DNA of 64,000 nt from a virus. Below are positions 41,815-52,100 of this stretch, piece after piece. The translations under genes and the position numbers were made by a program. The notes below the pieces were generated by a model. It saw nothing but the letters and a program-made list of their open reading frames with translations, ran no database searches and was not told where the DNA came from. The stretch is taken from IMG/VR virus record IMGVR_UViG_3300024239_000016, positions 1-64,000 of that record, one strand, 5' to 3'. The stretch's first letter is position 1. Each line of letters opens with the position of its first letter.

Positions 41815-41845
41815 ACTAGCCTGGCCTTACGGCCGGGCTAGTTTT
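41815..41845 (+). terminator. Terminator hairpin
   Basis: ACTAGCCTGGCC-TTAC-GGCCGGGCTAGT-TTT. Confidence 0.65.
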
Positions 41846-41860
41846 AATGAGGATCTGAAA

Positions 41861-42580
41861 ATGGATTTTAAAAAGCTTAAAAGGGATCCTAAGTATGTTT
41901 TAGGATTTCTTAAAACAGTCGGGAAACAAAGAGTCGCCACAAAAGAAATGCGCGTTCTCTTTCCATCCAGATTTACTGAACGAGGTCTTGCATCTCTTGG
42001 CCATGACAATTATGTCATTGGGTACGTGGCAATTGTTGTGGATGATAAGTTTACCACAATGAATGTACCGGCGATGGTCTTGTTTACTCCGTCTCTAATC
42101 AATGAGACTGAAGTGGGTGGAGTTGATTATCACGAATTTGTTTTCAATGCTGGCGATGTAGTTATTGGAAATACCGATATCGTTCAGCGAGATACCCTGA
42201 TTTACTATATCCTGGCAGAGTTCTTTTCAAAAGGGAATTTGCCGGCGTATATTGGGTTCTACGAATTCTCAGCAATTTTCGATAACGCAGACCGTTTTGC
42301 TGGAACTAAAGTGGTTTCGCAGCGGAAAGTTATTGAACTTTGGATCTCCCTCTTAGCGCGAAATCCAAAGAAACCGACTCAGTATTACGCTGAGACCATC
42401 GAATCCGAGAATGATATTGTGACGAGACCGCCTGAGATTGTGGGAATGCGTAATGTATCACTGATTGCATCAGGTACGCTAAACCGTTTCGGTGGTAGCT
42501 ATATGTACGATGGCATCATTAGCTCCCTTCTGAATCCTTCTACAGAGGTAGGGCTACTGGAGTCTGTTTACAGACAATAA
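41861..42580 (+). CDS. Conserved virion-associated protein (phiKZ gp176-like by synteny)
   Basis: 239 aa immediately before the prohead protease. Confidence 0.55.
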   Translation: MDFKKLKRDPKYVLGFLKTVGKQRVATKEMRVLFPSRFTERGLASLGHDNYVIGYVAIVVDDKFTTMNVPAMVLFTPSLINETEVGGVDYHEFVFNAGDVVIGNTDIVQRDTLIYYILAEFFSKGNLPAYIGFYEFSAIFDNADRFAGTKVVSQRKVIELWISLLARNPKKPTQYYAETIESENDIVTRPPEIVGMRNVSLIASGTLNRFGGSYMYDGIISSLLNPSTEVGLLESVYRQ

Positions 42581-42603
42581 TCATTTTTCGGAAAGTAAAG
42601 AAA

Positions 42604-43350
42604 ATGGCAAACCAAAATGCAATTCATTATGTCAGTACTGCGTTAGTTGATGCAAACAAATGTGGTAAGTTGAAGCGCGATAAGGAAGGCTACTACGAGA
42701 TCGTGCTCGGTGGCCTGAACGTCATTAACTCCACAGGCGCGGTATACACGATGGAAGGTGCCAGTGCACTGATGGATAAATCCAACTTGCTGAACCGCCG
42801 CTTGATGGCTCAGCGTTTGAATTCCGAACTAGGTCATCCGAAGCGTCTTCCTGGCCAGTCTGATGACGAATATTTTGCTCGCATTCTTTCGATCGAAGAG
42901 ACAAACGTTTGCAGCCACATTCGTGAGTTCCGTCTGGAGCCGCGCCAAGGTAGCGAAGAAGTGATGATCATCGGCTGGGTTAAGCCGAGTGGTCCGCATG
43001 GCGCGCATCTCGAGGCATCGTTCAACAATCCGAATGAAAATGTTTGTTATTCCATTCGTTCGTTTACTGATGACTTCCGTCACGGCTATACCCGTAAGAA
43101 AGTTCTGAAGACAGTGGTTACTTGGGATAAGGTAAATGACCCAGGTATTCATTTCGCAAACAAGCTGGACACACCCTCGCTTGAAGAACTCGATCACAGC
43201 ATCTTCACGCGCTCTCAGCTGGAGCGCATGATAAAGGATGCCAACGATGGTGGTCCCAGCATGGAGAGCATGCTGCTGTCGGCTCGCGATTTGCTATCAG
43301 CGCTGGGGCAGCCGATCGCGTCATCGACATCAGCGTTTATGCGCTGGTAA
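42604..43350 (+). CDS. Prohead protease (phiKZ gp175 / T4 gp21-like)
   Basis: ELGHP (H78), YSIRS (S150), TWD (D175); C-terminal SLE/SME self-cleavage motifs. Confidence 0.88.
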   Translation: MANQNAIHYVSTALVDANKCGKLKRDKEGYYEIVLGGLNVINSTGAVYTMEGASALMDKSNLLNRRLMAQRLNSELGHPKRLPGQSDDEYFARILSIEETNVCSHIREFRLEPRQGSEEVMIIGWVKPSGPHGAHLEASFNNPNENVCYSIRSFTDDFRHGYTRKKVLKTVVTWDKVNDPGIHFANKLDTPSLEELDHSIFTRSQLERMIKDANDGGPSMESMLLSARDLLSALGQPIASSTSAFMRW

Positions 43351-43416
43351 TTATGTCCGCCCGTGCCGACTTCAATGCGGTCTTAGAGATTGCTTCGGAT
43401 AAGGTCAGGAAAGATA

Positions 43417-43457
43417 CACAAGTGGTAGAGGCTGTTTAGAGACCTCTACCACTTGTG
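43417..43457. terminator. Intergenic hairpin
   Basis: CACAAGTGGTAGAGG...CCTCTACCACTTGTG. Confidence 0.6.
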
Positions 43458-43621
43458 ATCCATATCACACCTAATCACTCAAGTCACAAAGCTGGAATTT
43501 CAAAATAAGAAATTATTAGAAGTTTCAACTGAGGCTAAAAAAAAACGGCATTTATGACATGGTGACATTTTTCCAGAGGGGACACCCCTCTGGAAAGTGC
43601 TTAGATTAACAAGGAAAGAAA

Positions 43622-44803
43622 ATGAAACGAAATGCTCCATCTGGTCTATTTACTCCTGATCCACGTACATATGCCTTCTCTCTTGAAGAGGCTCTTCTTG
43701 ATCTTGGTGCTGATTCTCTGGACGGCATTCAAGAGGTAATTGCTGAAATGGACGATGGTCCTGAGCTCACTCCAGAGACCGTTATCTCAGAAGAAGGAAT
43801 CGGAACAGATATCCGTAATGGTTTCGATGATCTCTTCCAGTACCAAGTTCTGCACTGGAAACATTTCCGCGATGTTCAGAATGATTTCTTCTCGGAGACC
43901 AATCCGAAGATAGCCCGCTACAACCAGAAGCTGAATGAAACGTGGCGTGAGTTTCAGGAAAAGAAGCACAAGTTCCGCGATGGAGAGCACCATCTATCAC
44001 TGATGGAGCTGTGGTACTTCTTCTCCAACAAGCAAGGTGCCTCGCGTAATGTGATTCGTGATCTACAGCAAGATACGGAATTCTCCAAGTTTGTCTTGGT
44101 AACCTATCGCAAGGCTGTCATCGATCAACTCTCCGCGCTGGCATCTATCGTTCAAGGAGCACGGCTGCATAGCTTGGCAGATTGCCATAAAGTTATCGAA
44201 GCCATTCAACGCTTGAAAACTATCGATGAGCTTTTCGATGACAAGTGGCTTGGCGAGGGACGTTACTTCAACGTCACTTCAGTTATCAAATCGGCAGGCA
44301 GTGTTGGTAAGGATTTTGAATTCGATGGTAAGTCATACTCGCGCGCCACTGAGCTGAGCTCCGGTGCGCGAGTTGTCGAGAAGAAATCAAAGGGCCATAC
44401 AGCCATGAAAGTTGTTGCTAATGTAACCAACATTGGCGCAGCTATCAAGGGATCATCGATCGCCCCAATGGAAATCTCTACCAATGAAATTGGCGAGATC
44501 ATCATGTTCGGTAAAGATTACGTTGCCAATCTCGATACTGGTCTGGAGCTCAGCAACAGCGCTGAGCGAGCAACCAATGCGCTCATGCGTGGCGTCGAAG
44601 CAATGCGTGGGAGCTCTCACATTCCTGCTGACGATATTCCCGAACTGCGTAAGTTTGTGAAATTCGTTGGTCAGGTTGCGGATAGTTATATTGCCGCGCT
44701 GAAGCAACCATTTGGTGCAGAAGTCATTCGCTCTATCAAAGGAGCCAAGTACTGCTACTACATTGGTCTGCGTTGCATATACAACGCCTCCAAATACATC
44801 TGA
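43622..44803 (+). CDS. Probable internal head protein processed by the prohead protease
   Basis: Acidic N-terminal propeptide with SLEE and ISEEG (S-x-E) sites. Confidence 0.6.
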   Translation: MKRNAPSGLFTPDPRTYAFSLEEALLDLGADSLDGIQEVIAEMDDGPELTPETVISEEGIGTDIRNGFDDLFQYQVLHWKHFRDVQNDFFSETNPKIARYNQKLNETWREFQEKKHKFRDGEHHLSLMELWYFFSNKQGASRNVIRDLQQDTEFSKFVLVTYRKAVIDQLSALASIVQGARLHSLADCHKVIEAIQRLKTIDELFDDKWLGEGRYFNVTSVIKSAGSVGKDFEFDGKSYSRATELSSGARVVEKKSKGHTAMKVVANVTNIGAAIKGSSIAPMEISTNEIGEIIMFGKDYVANLDTGLELSNSAERATNALMRGVEAMRGSSHIPADDIPELRKFVKFVGQVADSYIAALKQPFGAEVIRSIKGAKYCYYIGLRCIYNASKYI

Positions 44804-45183
44804 TGCAAAAGTCGATCATTCTTATTGATTTCGATGGCACCTGTTGTAAATCTAAGTATCCTGAAATCGGTGAGGATATTGGAGCAGAGCCGGTGCTAAA
44901 GAAATTAGTGGCTAAAGGCCATAAGCTGATCCTGTACACTATGCGATCAGGTAAGCAGCTAGATGATGCGGTCAGGTGGTTTGCTACACGTCAGATTCCG
45001 CTTTATGCGGTTGGTAAAGATCCTAACCAGCACAAATGGACATCCTCTAACAAATGCGCTGGCGATTTGGTTATTGATGATATCGGCCTTGGTATTCCTT
45101 TAATTCAGCCGTTAATTGGCGAACAGGCATACGTGGATTGGAAGGCAGTCGAAAGACTGCTGATAGATAGAGGGTATCTTTAA
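44803..45183 (+). CDS. Capless HAD-superfamily hydrolase
   Basis: IDFDGT, LYTMR, K, IDD; TGATG overlap with the upstream gene. Confidence 0.85.
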   Translation: MQKSIILIDFDGTCCKSKYPEIGEDIGAEPVLKKLVAKGHKLILYTMRSGKQLDDAVRWFATRQIPLYAVGKDPNQHKWTSSNKCAGDLVIDDIGLGIPLIQPLIGEQAYVDWKAVERLLIDRGYL

Positions 45184-45191
45184 TTAATCTC

Positions 45192-45222
45192 ATACCACAC
45201 GCCCCAGTGGGGCGTGTGGTAT
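45192..45222. terminator. Intergenic hairpin
   Basis: ATACCACACGCCCCA-G-TGGGGCGTGTGGTAT. Confidence 0.7.
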
Positions 45223-45237
45223 AGAGTATTTCATTTA

Positions 45238-45252
45238 CATATAACCTTACTG
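45238..45252 (+). promoter_or_regulatory. Putative early promoter
   Basis: CATATAAC-CTTAC-TG. Confidence 0.65.
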
Positions 45253-45301
45253 AATAGCTTTAACAATTCCGTTAAAGCGCATCCATGCCAAGGAGAAAAT
45301 C

Positions 45302-45703
45302 ATGGAAAACTTTGAAATGCTTCAGAATGAATTCCGCAACAAGCGAATCGGCAATGAGCAGTTCCAAATCATGTTGGCGATGATCCAGGAGATCGCCAAT
45401 TGCTCTGATGAAGAGCACACGAAGTTCTATCAAATGGCAACTGCCAATGAAGGCTGCGAGACAGTGAAAGCTGTGCTGGCAGACGCATCGAAGATGCGGA
45501 TTGCATTTGGTGCGATCGCTGGTGCGATGCAGCGCACCGGCGCATGTCCTGAAACTAAGGACAAGGTCAAGTTCGACGAATTCATCAACGCATTCATCGA
45601 TGAGCTGATCTTCATTGACCGGCTCAACCAGGGCGAAATCGAAGCCCTTGTGGCATCTATGACCAGAGACTGGATGGAACAAAATGCAGCCAATCCGTAC
45701 TGA
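45302..45703 (+). CDS. Hypothetical early protein
   Basis: SD AAGGAG; own promoter and terminator. Confidence 0.8.
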   Translation: MENFEMLQNEFRNKRIGNEQFQIMLAMIQEIANCSDEEHTKFYQMATANEGCETVKAVLADASKMRIAFGAIAGAMQRTGACPETKDKVKFDEFINAFIDELIFIDRLNQGEIEALVASMTRDWMEQNAANPY

Positions 45704-45798
45704 AAAGCGCAGTCTTGACAAAAACCAGCCTACTTGGTTGGTTCGTAGTATCATGTTGATGATTATTGCCGGCGCTCTGTTAGCGTTGGCGATTTAAC

Positions 45799-45829
45799 AA
45801 AACAGCCCCAAAAGGGCTGTTTTTTTTTT
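45799..45829 (+). terminator. Rho-independent terminator
   Basis: AAAACAGCCC...GGGCTGTTTT plus T tract. Confidence 0.7.
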
Positions 45830-45887
45830 GTTCAAAACCAAAGATATTGTGCTTAGCTCGTATTAATAAATCCACCGAGGACTCATC

Positions 45888-47228
45888 GTGAAACAACATC
45901 TTGAACTGGCTAAAGACATCATCGAAAATGGCAGCTATCGGCCTGGTCGCGGCAATCAACCGACGCGTGCATTATTCGGCAAGCAGATGACTTTCGATCT
46001 GATGGACGGATTACCAATCTCTACTACGCAATACATCGATTTTCGTTCGTTGCTGGCTGAACTTTTCTGGTTTCTTTCTGGCAGTACCAACAACGATGAG
46101 CTAATTCATCTTGGCGCAAAATTCTGGACTCCCTGGGCGCTCGAGGAAAATGTTCTCAAGAACACTCCCGTCGATGGTTATACTCGTGCTTGCTCGCTGG
46201 CTATCAAAATGAACCAGAGCGTTTCGGAAATGATCAAGCATCTGAATGGGCTATCTATGGGAGATGCTGAAGCTCTGATGCAAGAGTACGGCATTAAAGA
46301 CCACGAGTCAGTCGTCGCTATCAAAAAAGGATCGCTTGGCCCGATCTACGGGGAGATGTGGCGGAATTTCAATGGTGCGGATCAGATCGCTCAGCTGGTG
46401 AAAAATTTACTCAGCAATCCATATTCGCGGCGCCATGTTGTTAGTAGCTGGAATCCCAGCCTACTCCCAGATGAGGCTCTGTCCCATAGTCAGAATGTAA
46501 TGGCTGGTAAACAGGTTCTGCCTCCATGCCATCCGCTGTGGCAGGTATTTGTTGCTCCCGTCACACCTAAGCAGCTGGTCAAATATCTTCAACATAATCG
46601 GTTCGTTCTGCCATATATGATCAACTGCCAGGAGATGATCAACGAGATAATCTCAGAGCTGCAAAAACTATCTACCGATGGCTCGCGTTTATCAGCCAAT
46701 GAGAGAGATGAGCGGCTGAAAGAGATCGTTTCGATGTACCAATTCGAAAACACGTGTGAGCTAGTCGGGTATAGCGATAGTTTTAAACGTGAGAAGATCT
46801 CTCTTCCGATCAACCGCCTATCATTGCAGCTGTATGCTCGCTCGCAGGATTTCATGGTTGGTACAGTTGTGAATGTTCCGTCGTATGCAGTACTGACGCA
46901 TATTCTGGCCGCAGTGATCAATGCTGTTCCTGGCGATTACATCCACACCATGGGCGATTGCCACATCTACGAGAACCAGATCGATCAAGCACAATTGCAG
47001 CTGGATCGCAGACCTATGCCTCTACCAGCATTAGCTCTACCGGATCATTTTTACTCATACAACTGGGAGAAATATGTTCACTCCCGGCCGCAATACATGA
47101 TGAATATCTTTACTGATAGATCATTAGATCCTTACGGTCTTGCCGATGGCCATCCATTCTCACTTGATGATTTTAAACTATTGGGTTACGATCATCACGA
47201 GAAGATCAAGTACAAAGTTTTGGTGTGA
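45888..47228 (+). CDS. thyA: Thymidylate synthase with two large insertions
   Basis: ELFWFLSG, LGPIYG, SRRH..SSWNP, LPPCH, YARSQD...N, GDCHIY. Confidence 0.92.
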   Translation: MKQHLELAKDIIENGSYRPGRGNQPTRALFGKQMTFDLMDGLPISTTQYIDFRSLLAELFWFLSGSTNNDELIHLGAKFWTPWALEENVLKNTPVDGYTRACSLAIKMNQSVSEMIKHLNGLSMGDAEALMQEYGIKDHESVVAIKKGSLGPIYGEMWRNFNGADQIAQLVKNLLSNPYSRRHVVSSWNPSLLPDEALSHSQNVMAGKQVLPPCHPLWQVFVAPVTPKQLVKYLQHNRFVLPYMINCQEMINEIISELQKLSTDGSRLSANERDERLKEIVSMYQFENTCELVGYSDSFKREKISLPINRLSLQLYARSQDFMVGTVVNVPSYAVLTHILAAVINAVPGDYIHTMGDCHIYENQIDQAQLQLDRRPMPLPALALPDHFYSYNWEKYVHSRPQYMMNIFTDRSLDPYGLADGHPFSLDDFKLLGYDHHEKIKYKVLV

Positions 47229-47246
47229 TCCAAGTTTTTTCAAGTA

Positions 47247-47261
47247 TATATTTCATATATG
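47247..47261 (+). promoter_or_regulatory. Putative early promoter
   Basis: TATATTTC-ATATA-TG. Confidence 0.6.
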
Positions 47262-47334
47262 AGTCGTAGCCTGATTTGTACTTCAAGTTACGGTTCGCAG
47301 ATATCTTAAGCCCATTCAAGTCAAGGAGTCTCGC

Positions 47335-48708
47335 ATGACCATCAATCGCAACATCGGCTCAGCCGAAGTCGTTACCGATATTCTGACCGAAGATCAGGTT
47401 ACCAGCAATGTCAGTCAGCCGTGCACCGCTGGCGACCCCCCGCCATCGTCTTTGGCTGCCGCACTCACGGCAGCGCTTGTGAATGTCCAGGTTAGCACCA
47501 AGTCGGAAAATCCCACCGATCTGAAGAACCTGGCAGACTATCATGCAGCTCGGCAAGCAGCAATGTGCTCCGGCTCTGGCGTCGAAGTTGATACGGAGGA
47601 ATTCGACAAGCCAATCAACCACTGCTATTCGACGACCGTTCCCAGCGGCGAATCGAATCAGGGCGCGCTGGCCGAAGCAACCGAAGATACCCTCCGGGGT
47701 ATGACCCCGCCGACATGTACCTACCACGATCTGCCGGAAGTCGTAGCAAGTCCTATTTCTTTGCCGGTAGAAGAATTATCGCCGGTCGATGATATTGCGT
47801 CGGATAATGCTTTGGCCGATGACTCCACTGTGCCTCTTCAGCAGAATACAGCGACGTCGCACATCTATAGCGAACTGCTCGAAGCAGATCTCACTGAGCG
47901 TGTCATTGGTGGGGCCCCGGGCCAAAAAGCACCGACCATTCAGTCTGCTGAAGACCTGGGCGATGCGACGGCAGCGGCTGCGTCTCAGAACAAACCGACC
48001 ATCAAGCCGAAAAAGAAGCCGAAACCGGCCAAGGTAGCAAAACCGGCACCGGTCGCTCAGCCAGCTCCGCGGCCTTATCAGGAAAAGATCTATAATCCTG
48101 ATGGCGTCACACAGGTCGCCAGCAATGTGCTGAATGTCGAACTGGCATTTGCGCTCAGGACCCACAAGGGCTATGAGTTCAATCCCGATTTCGGGAAAGA
48201 ACCCATGGAGACAACCGCAGTCGACTTTCGTCGGGTCATCCAGAAGCTGATCGACAGCGACAAGCTGTTGCCGCAGTCGGCTGACAGCCATTACCAATTC
48301 ATCGGTCGGTTTGTGCAGCTGTTTGGTTTGGTGCGCGCTGCTGTTATTCGCTCACCTGCTTGCTACAACACTTTCCGTGAAATGTACAATCAGGCTGTGC
48401 TGAATGACGCTCGTCCCAAGATCGAAGCCGAGATCATGCAGAAGATCGAGGAAGAATCGAAATTCAACTTCGCCACCACTGGCGATGCTGAGTACGATGA
48501 ATTCCTCGTGGATGTTGTGAAGTTCAACTGGGAGTTCGAGAAGACCGACTCCCGGATGGAATACGCTTTGTGCATTCAGCGGCTCAATTCGCTCGCACGG
48601 CGTGCTTACGAGAAAGCCGATCAGGGTAACCACATGTATCGGGTTACTCTGTATCATTACGCGACTGCCAGTGGCGTCAATCTGACGACACTGCTGGCCG
48701 GCTTGTAA
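47335..48708 (+). CDS. Hypothetical early protein: low-complexity N-terminal half, helical C-terminal domain
   Basis: 457 aa, SD AAGGAG, K/P/A-rich linker. Confidence 0.8.
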   Translation: MTINRNIGSAEVVTDILTEDQVTSNVSQPCTAGDPPPSSLAAALTAALVNVQVSTKSENPTDLKNLADYHAARQAAMCSGSGVEVDTEEFDKPINHCYSTTVPSGESNQGALAEATEDTLRGMTPPTCTYHDLPEVVASPISLPVEELSPVDDIASDNALADDSTVPLQQNTATSHIYSELLEADLTERVIGGAPGQKAPTIQSAEDLGDATAAAASQNKPTIKPKKKPKPAKVAKPAPVAQPAPRPYQEKIYNPDGVTQVASNVLNVELAFALRTHKGYEFNPDFGKEPMETTAVDFRRVIQKLIDSDKLLPQSADSHYQFIGRFVQLFGLVRAAVIRSPACYNTFREMYNQAVLNDARPKIEAEIMQKIEEESKFNFATTGDAEYDEFLVDVVKFNWEFEKTDSRMEYALCIQRLNSLARRAYEKADQGNHMYRVTLYHYATASGVNLTTLLAGL

Positions 48709-48725
48709 TCTGCAGTACGCATTAA

Positions 48726-48768
48726 ACAATAGAGGAGCCGTTAGGCTCCTCTATTGTATTTTTTTTTT
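48726..48768 (+). terminator. Rho-independent terminator
   Basis: ACAATAGAGGAGCC-GTTA-GGCTCCTCTATTGT plus T tract. Confidence 0.8.
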
Positions 48769-48785
48769 ACGCTATAGGACACAAA

Positions 48786-49052
48786 ATGATCATTGCACAA
48801 ACGAAACCTAAACCGGCCGGTATTAAGCTATCGGCAGTTCAGTTCAATGGCGACCCATCTGTTCATCCGAACATTTTTCATAGCACCGACCCAAAGCCGC
48901 ACTGGCGATTTGGTGGCGAAGACCACGGTGGTCCATATGACAGCGGCAGTTCTTACTTAGAGGAAGGGACATGGATTATTGGAACCGGAGTAAATTCTTT
49001 CCTAGTCGATAGCAAGACGTTTGAGAGAGACTGGCAGATAGTTTCTTTTTAA
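48786..49052 (+). CDS. Small hypothetical phage protein
   Basis: AVQFNG...G.WII...F.RDW pattern, SD AGGA. Confidence 0.7.
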   Translation: MIIAQTKPKPAGIKLSAVQFNGDPSVHPNIFHSTDPKPHWRFGGEDHGGPYDSGSSYLEEGTWIIGTGVNSFLVDSKTFERDWQIVSF

Positions 49053-49157
49053 CGGAATGTGTTAGAAAAAAATATAAGTATATATTCCATACACGTATGT
49101 GTTGTTCTTATGAGAACTTTTTCTTTTTTTTTCTAACAATGTAAAAAATCACAACCA

Positions 49158-49172
49158 TATATTACAGCTATG
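49158..49172 (+). promoter_or_regulatory. Putative early promoter
   Basis: TATATTAC-AGCTA-TG. Confidence 0.7.
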
Positions 49173-49207
49173 ACGGTAGTTAAATAATCTCAACGAAAGG
49201 AAAGCAA

Positions 49208-49762
49208 ATGAGTTATCCTGGGTTTCCAAATAGGGCTGGAATGCCTGTAATTGAAAACAACGCTATTCTGGATGCTGAACTTCAAGCAGCTGGAATCATT
49301 CCCATTTATGAGCAAGTGAGCAGAGAGCTAACCTCCGTGAAAAACGGACAGAGAGATAAGTTCACTCTTGAATCATGGGCAAAGAGCACTCTAGCAAATT
49401 TTGTCATTGAAGGATCTGGAGAAGTAAAAACGCACATTATCGGTTTCCTTCATGGCTGGGAATTCAAGCGCAATTGGTATTACTGGGTAGCGAAAGGACC
49501 TGGCATACCTCCTGAATATGCGTCGCAGCTACATCAGCTCCATGGGGCTTACGTCCGCGTCGATGGCCATGCATCTGGACCAGATCCGATCGAGTACTGT
49601 AAAGGATTTGCGGTCGGTAGCTACCATATCGACAAACCTGTCGGATTGCATGCTTTTGCGACAATGTTGAATCAGATCGTTGAGGATAATTTGAAATTCA
49701 GGGAAGCCAGAGCTTTTAAAAGACAGATTGCAAATCTTCGACCGAGACAAACTGGGAGGTAA
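49208..49762 (+). CDS. Hypothetical protein
   Basis: 184 aa, SD AAGGA. Confidence 0.75.
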   Translation: MSYPGFPNRAGMPVIENNAILDAELQAAGIIPIYEQVSRELTSVKNGQRDKFTLESWAKSTLANFVIEGSGEVKTHIIGFLHGWEFKRNWYYWVAKGPGIPPEYASQLHQLHGAYVRVDGHASGPDPIEYCKGFAVGSYHIDKPVGLHAFATMLNQIVEDNLKFREARAFKRQIANLRPRQTGR

Positions 49763-49766
49763 GAGT

Positions 49767-50387
49767 ATGTTGAACTATAGCGACTTCGATCCGGTCTACT
49801 ATATACGGGCCATCAAAGAGGCCTATAGAGAACGCTGGGTTTTAAACGACCCTGCCCACAGAGAAGATCACTTCGACAATGTCTATGCAACGGCACTGAA
49901 GATCAATGATGATCTGCAGCTTGGGTATGATGAGAAGAGGATTGCAATTTTCGCCTATTTCCACGATTTGTTTGCATGGTCTCGTATCAACCACCATCAG
50001 CTCAGCTGTGCGTTCGTCCTAACTACAGACGACAAATTGATCTCAGACGTCGTTGGTCCACCAGACGTTCCGTTACTTGACAGATCGATTATTGCCTACG
50101 GATGTCTGGAGCACCGAGCCACGTTTAAGGGTAAATATTCTCATCATTTTTCCGAGCTGTGCTCAGCAGCCGATCGGGGCCTACCAACGGATGTACAGAC
50201 CTTAGTAGATCGAGCGATCAAATATAGAGCGCGCGATGGGGAGGTCACCAGCAGCATCGTGAGCGATGCGATCGCTCATGTGAAAGAGAAATTTGGCCGC
50301 CACGGCTATGCCAGGTACCCAAAACTGTACCATGATGCATTTGGCGACACTATCGAGAAACGCTATCAGGATATTGACAATCTTTGA
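49767..50387 (+). CDS. HD-domain phosphohydrolase
   Basis: AH..DH, FHD, HH, EH, AAD motifs; SD GGAGG. Confidence 0.8.
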   Translation: MLNYSDFDPVYYIRAIKEAYRERWVLNDPAHREDHFDNVYATALKINDDLQLGYDEKRIAIFAYFHDLFAWSRINHHQLSCAFVLTTDDKLISDVVGPPDVPLLDRSIIAYGCLEHRATFKGKYSHHFSELCSAADRGLPTDVQTLVDRAIKYRARDGEVTSSIVSDAIAHVKEKFGRHGYARYPKLYHDAFGDTIEKRYQDIDNL

Positions 50388-50388
50388 T

Positions 50389-50895
50389 ATGCCGGAAGTT
50401 CAAATGAAAAAATTACTGGCTCTTAACAAAGGTAGCAAGATGCGAGAAAGCATGCTCGCTTCTGTAATTCGCTCAGCGGTTGCTCTATCTATGAGTTCCG
50501 TAAAAAAGAAATTTTTTCTGTCGCTTAAGTACGGGGAAGAGTTACGTTGGTCAAATGACCTAGCACTGAATATCCGAGCGGAAATCGTCTTTAATCCATT
50601 AGAAAAATCAATTCAGATACATTCCCCATCGATAGATGGGGAATGTATCCCTGTTAAACTTGACATCGGTATCAATACCAGGGGCTTAAATCCATCGTCG
50701 ATCAAAGACGCTCTCTTTGCCGAGTGTATAAATCACGTCATTAAGGTGATTTTTCCAAAAGCCGAAATAAATCTAACCAAAGATAATCTAACTGATTTTC
50801 TTATTCAGCAAATAGAGCACACCTCCCCAGCGAAAATGAGAGAGGATCTTTACATTCGTTTAAGATGGATCAGTAGTAACTGTACATTTTTCTAA
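50389..50895 (+). CDS. Hypothetical protein (start uncertain)
   Basis: Open frame between flanking genes. Confidence 0.55.
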   Translation: MPEVQMKKLLALNKGSKMRESMLASVIRSAVALSMSSVKKKFFLSLKYGEELRWSNDLALNIRAEIVFNPLEKSIQIHSPSIDGECIPVKLDIGINTRGLNPSSIKDALFAECINHVIKVIFPKAEINLTKDNLTDFLIQQIEHTSPAKMREDLYIRLRWISSNCTFF

Positions 50896-50917
50896 ATACC
50901 CAACCTGGAGTAAAGAT

Positions 50918-51307
50918 ATGTCTGATTCCTTGAAAATCTCGATTGTAAGGCTTCTGGTTTTGAGACCAGATTTGCACATCGAAGACATAAAAGTAACTCG
51001 TAACAATCTGGATAACGGCATTGAAGTGTGCGTGAATCAATCAGTACAAGTTGTTATACTGCCTGATGATGGAGTATGCTTGGCGCAAGTAAACAAAACC
51101 ACCTACTGCGGAAACATTGTCAATCCGATTGACCAAACAGTTGAGTATTATATCACAGCAACTGTAGATATCTCGACTGGAGCGATATCTACCGTCAGCA
51201 ATACCAGAATAAACGGATCTATCCAAGAGATCAATCACGTGATTGATGTTTATTTTGACATTTCCGCTACTCGCTCTAATAAGAGAAGCAAAAGGAGGAC
51301 CCAATGA
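50918..51307 (+). CDS. Hypothetical protein
   Basis: 129 aa, SD GGAG. Confidence 0.7.
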   Translation: MSDSLKISIVRLLVLRPDLHIEDIKVTRNNLDNGIEVCVNQSVQVVILPDDGVCLAQVNKTTYCGNIVNPIDQTVEYYITATVDISTGAISTVSNTRINGSIQEINHVIDVYFDISATRSNKRSKRRTQ

Positions 51308-51699
51308 ACATTGGCTTTAATATCAATACAACCCAAACAACGGAAGAGATTAAAGAGCTCCTCCGTAAGCGCATGCTGGACTTTGCGAAAAAGGAAATTG
51401 ATAACATGCTTATCACTCCTACTCAGATTGCAAATATGTCATCCAGGGAACTAAAAGAGCTGAACAATCAGACTGGAATGCTGCACGCTCTCATCAGCGA
51501 TAAGTTGAATAACTTTGCGCTAGAATACGCGGCTTCCGGTAAAATTGAAGCTTACATCGAGCGTAACGTTGATCACGCCATGGAGGTCGCAGTCAATAAA
51601 GCACTCGAACATAAAGCCAATGCGCTTGCTTTCAAAGCCATAAAGGATAGGAAATTCCCGATACCACTGGGCATCCCTGATATCCCTTTGATGGGTTAG
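51304..51699 (+). CDS. Hypothetical protein
   Basis: 131 aa, SD GGAGG, ATGA overlap. Confidence 0.75.
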   Translation: MNIGFNINTTQTTEEIKELLRKRMLDFAKKEIDNMLITPTQIANMSSRELKELNNQTGMLHALISDKLNNFALEYAASGKIEAYIERNVDHAMEVAVNKALEHKANALAFKAIKDRKFPIPLGIPDIPLMG

Positions 51700-51773
51700 C
51701 TGCATCTATAGGTAGGCTAGCATAGTTTGTTAGCCTACCAGTATATAGTGGCTTAATTAATTGGTAAAACGTC

Positions 51774-52100
51774 ATGAGCTCAAAGATCACGTATCAAAAA
51801 AGAAATGAACTTCTGCATGAGAAAATAAAAGATATCTGGAAGGATTGGTTGGGCTCTGAAGCAAAGCTTTTCAATGCGGTAATATCCGCCAACAAACAGT
51901 TGCTCAAGCCAATTCCAGGATCAAATGGATTATCGGTTTTAGTCATCGCGCACCCACGGGCCGATCAAGTATCGCTAATTGAAGACGTAACCGATGCTGA
52001 TTGGTGTTACGACCACGATGATCGGCTGCAAAATTTCCAGCTATCATTTTTTGGCAGGCTCTCGCGATCAGTGGTCAAAGAAAACACTCTTTCTATATAA
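51774..52100 (+). CDS. Hypothetical protein, possibly extended to 52342 by a -1 frameshift
   Basis: 108-aa ORF; the -1 frame stays open to TAG 52340-52342. Confidence 0.55.
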   Translation: MSSKITYQKRNELLHEKIKDIWKDWLGSEAKLFNAVISANKQLLKPIPGSNGLSVLVIAHPRADQVSLIEDVTDADWCYDHDDRLQNFQLSFFGRLSRSVVKENTLSI

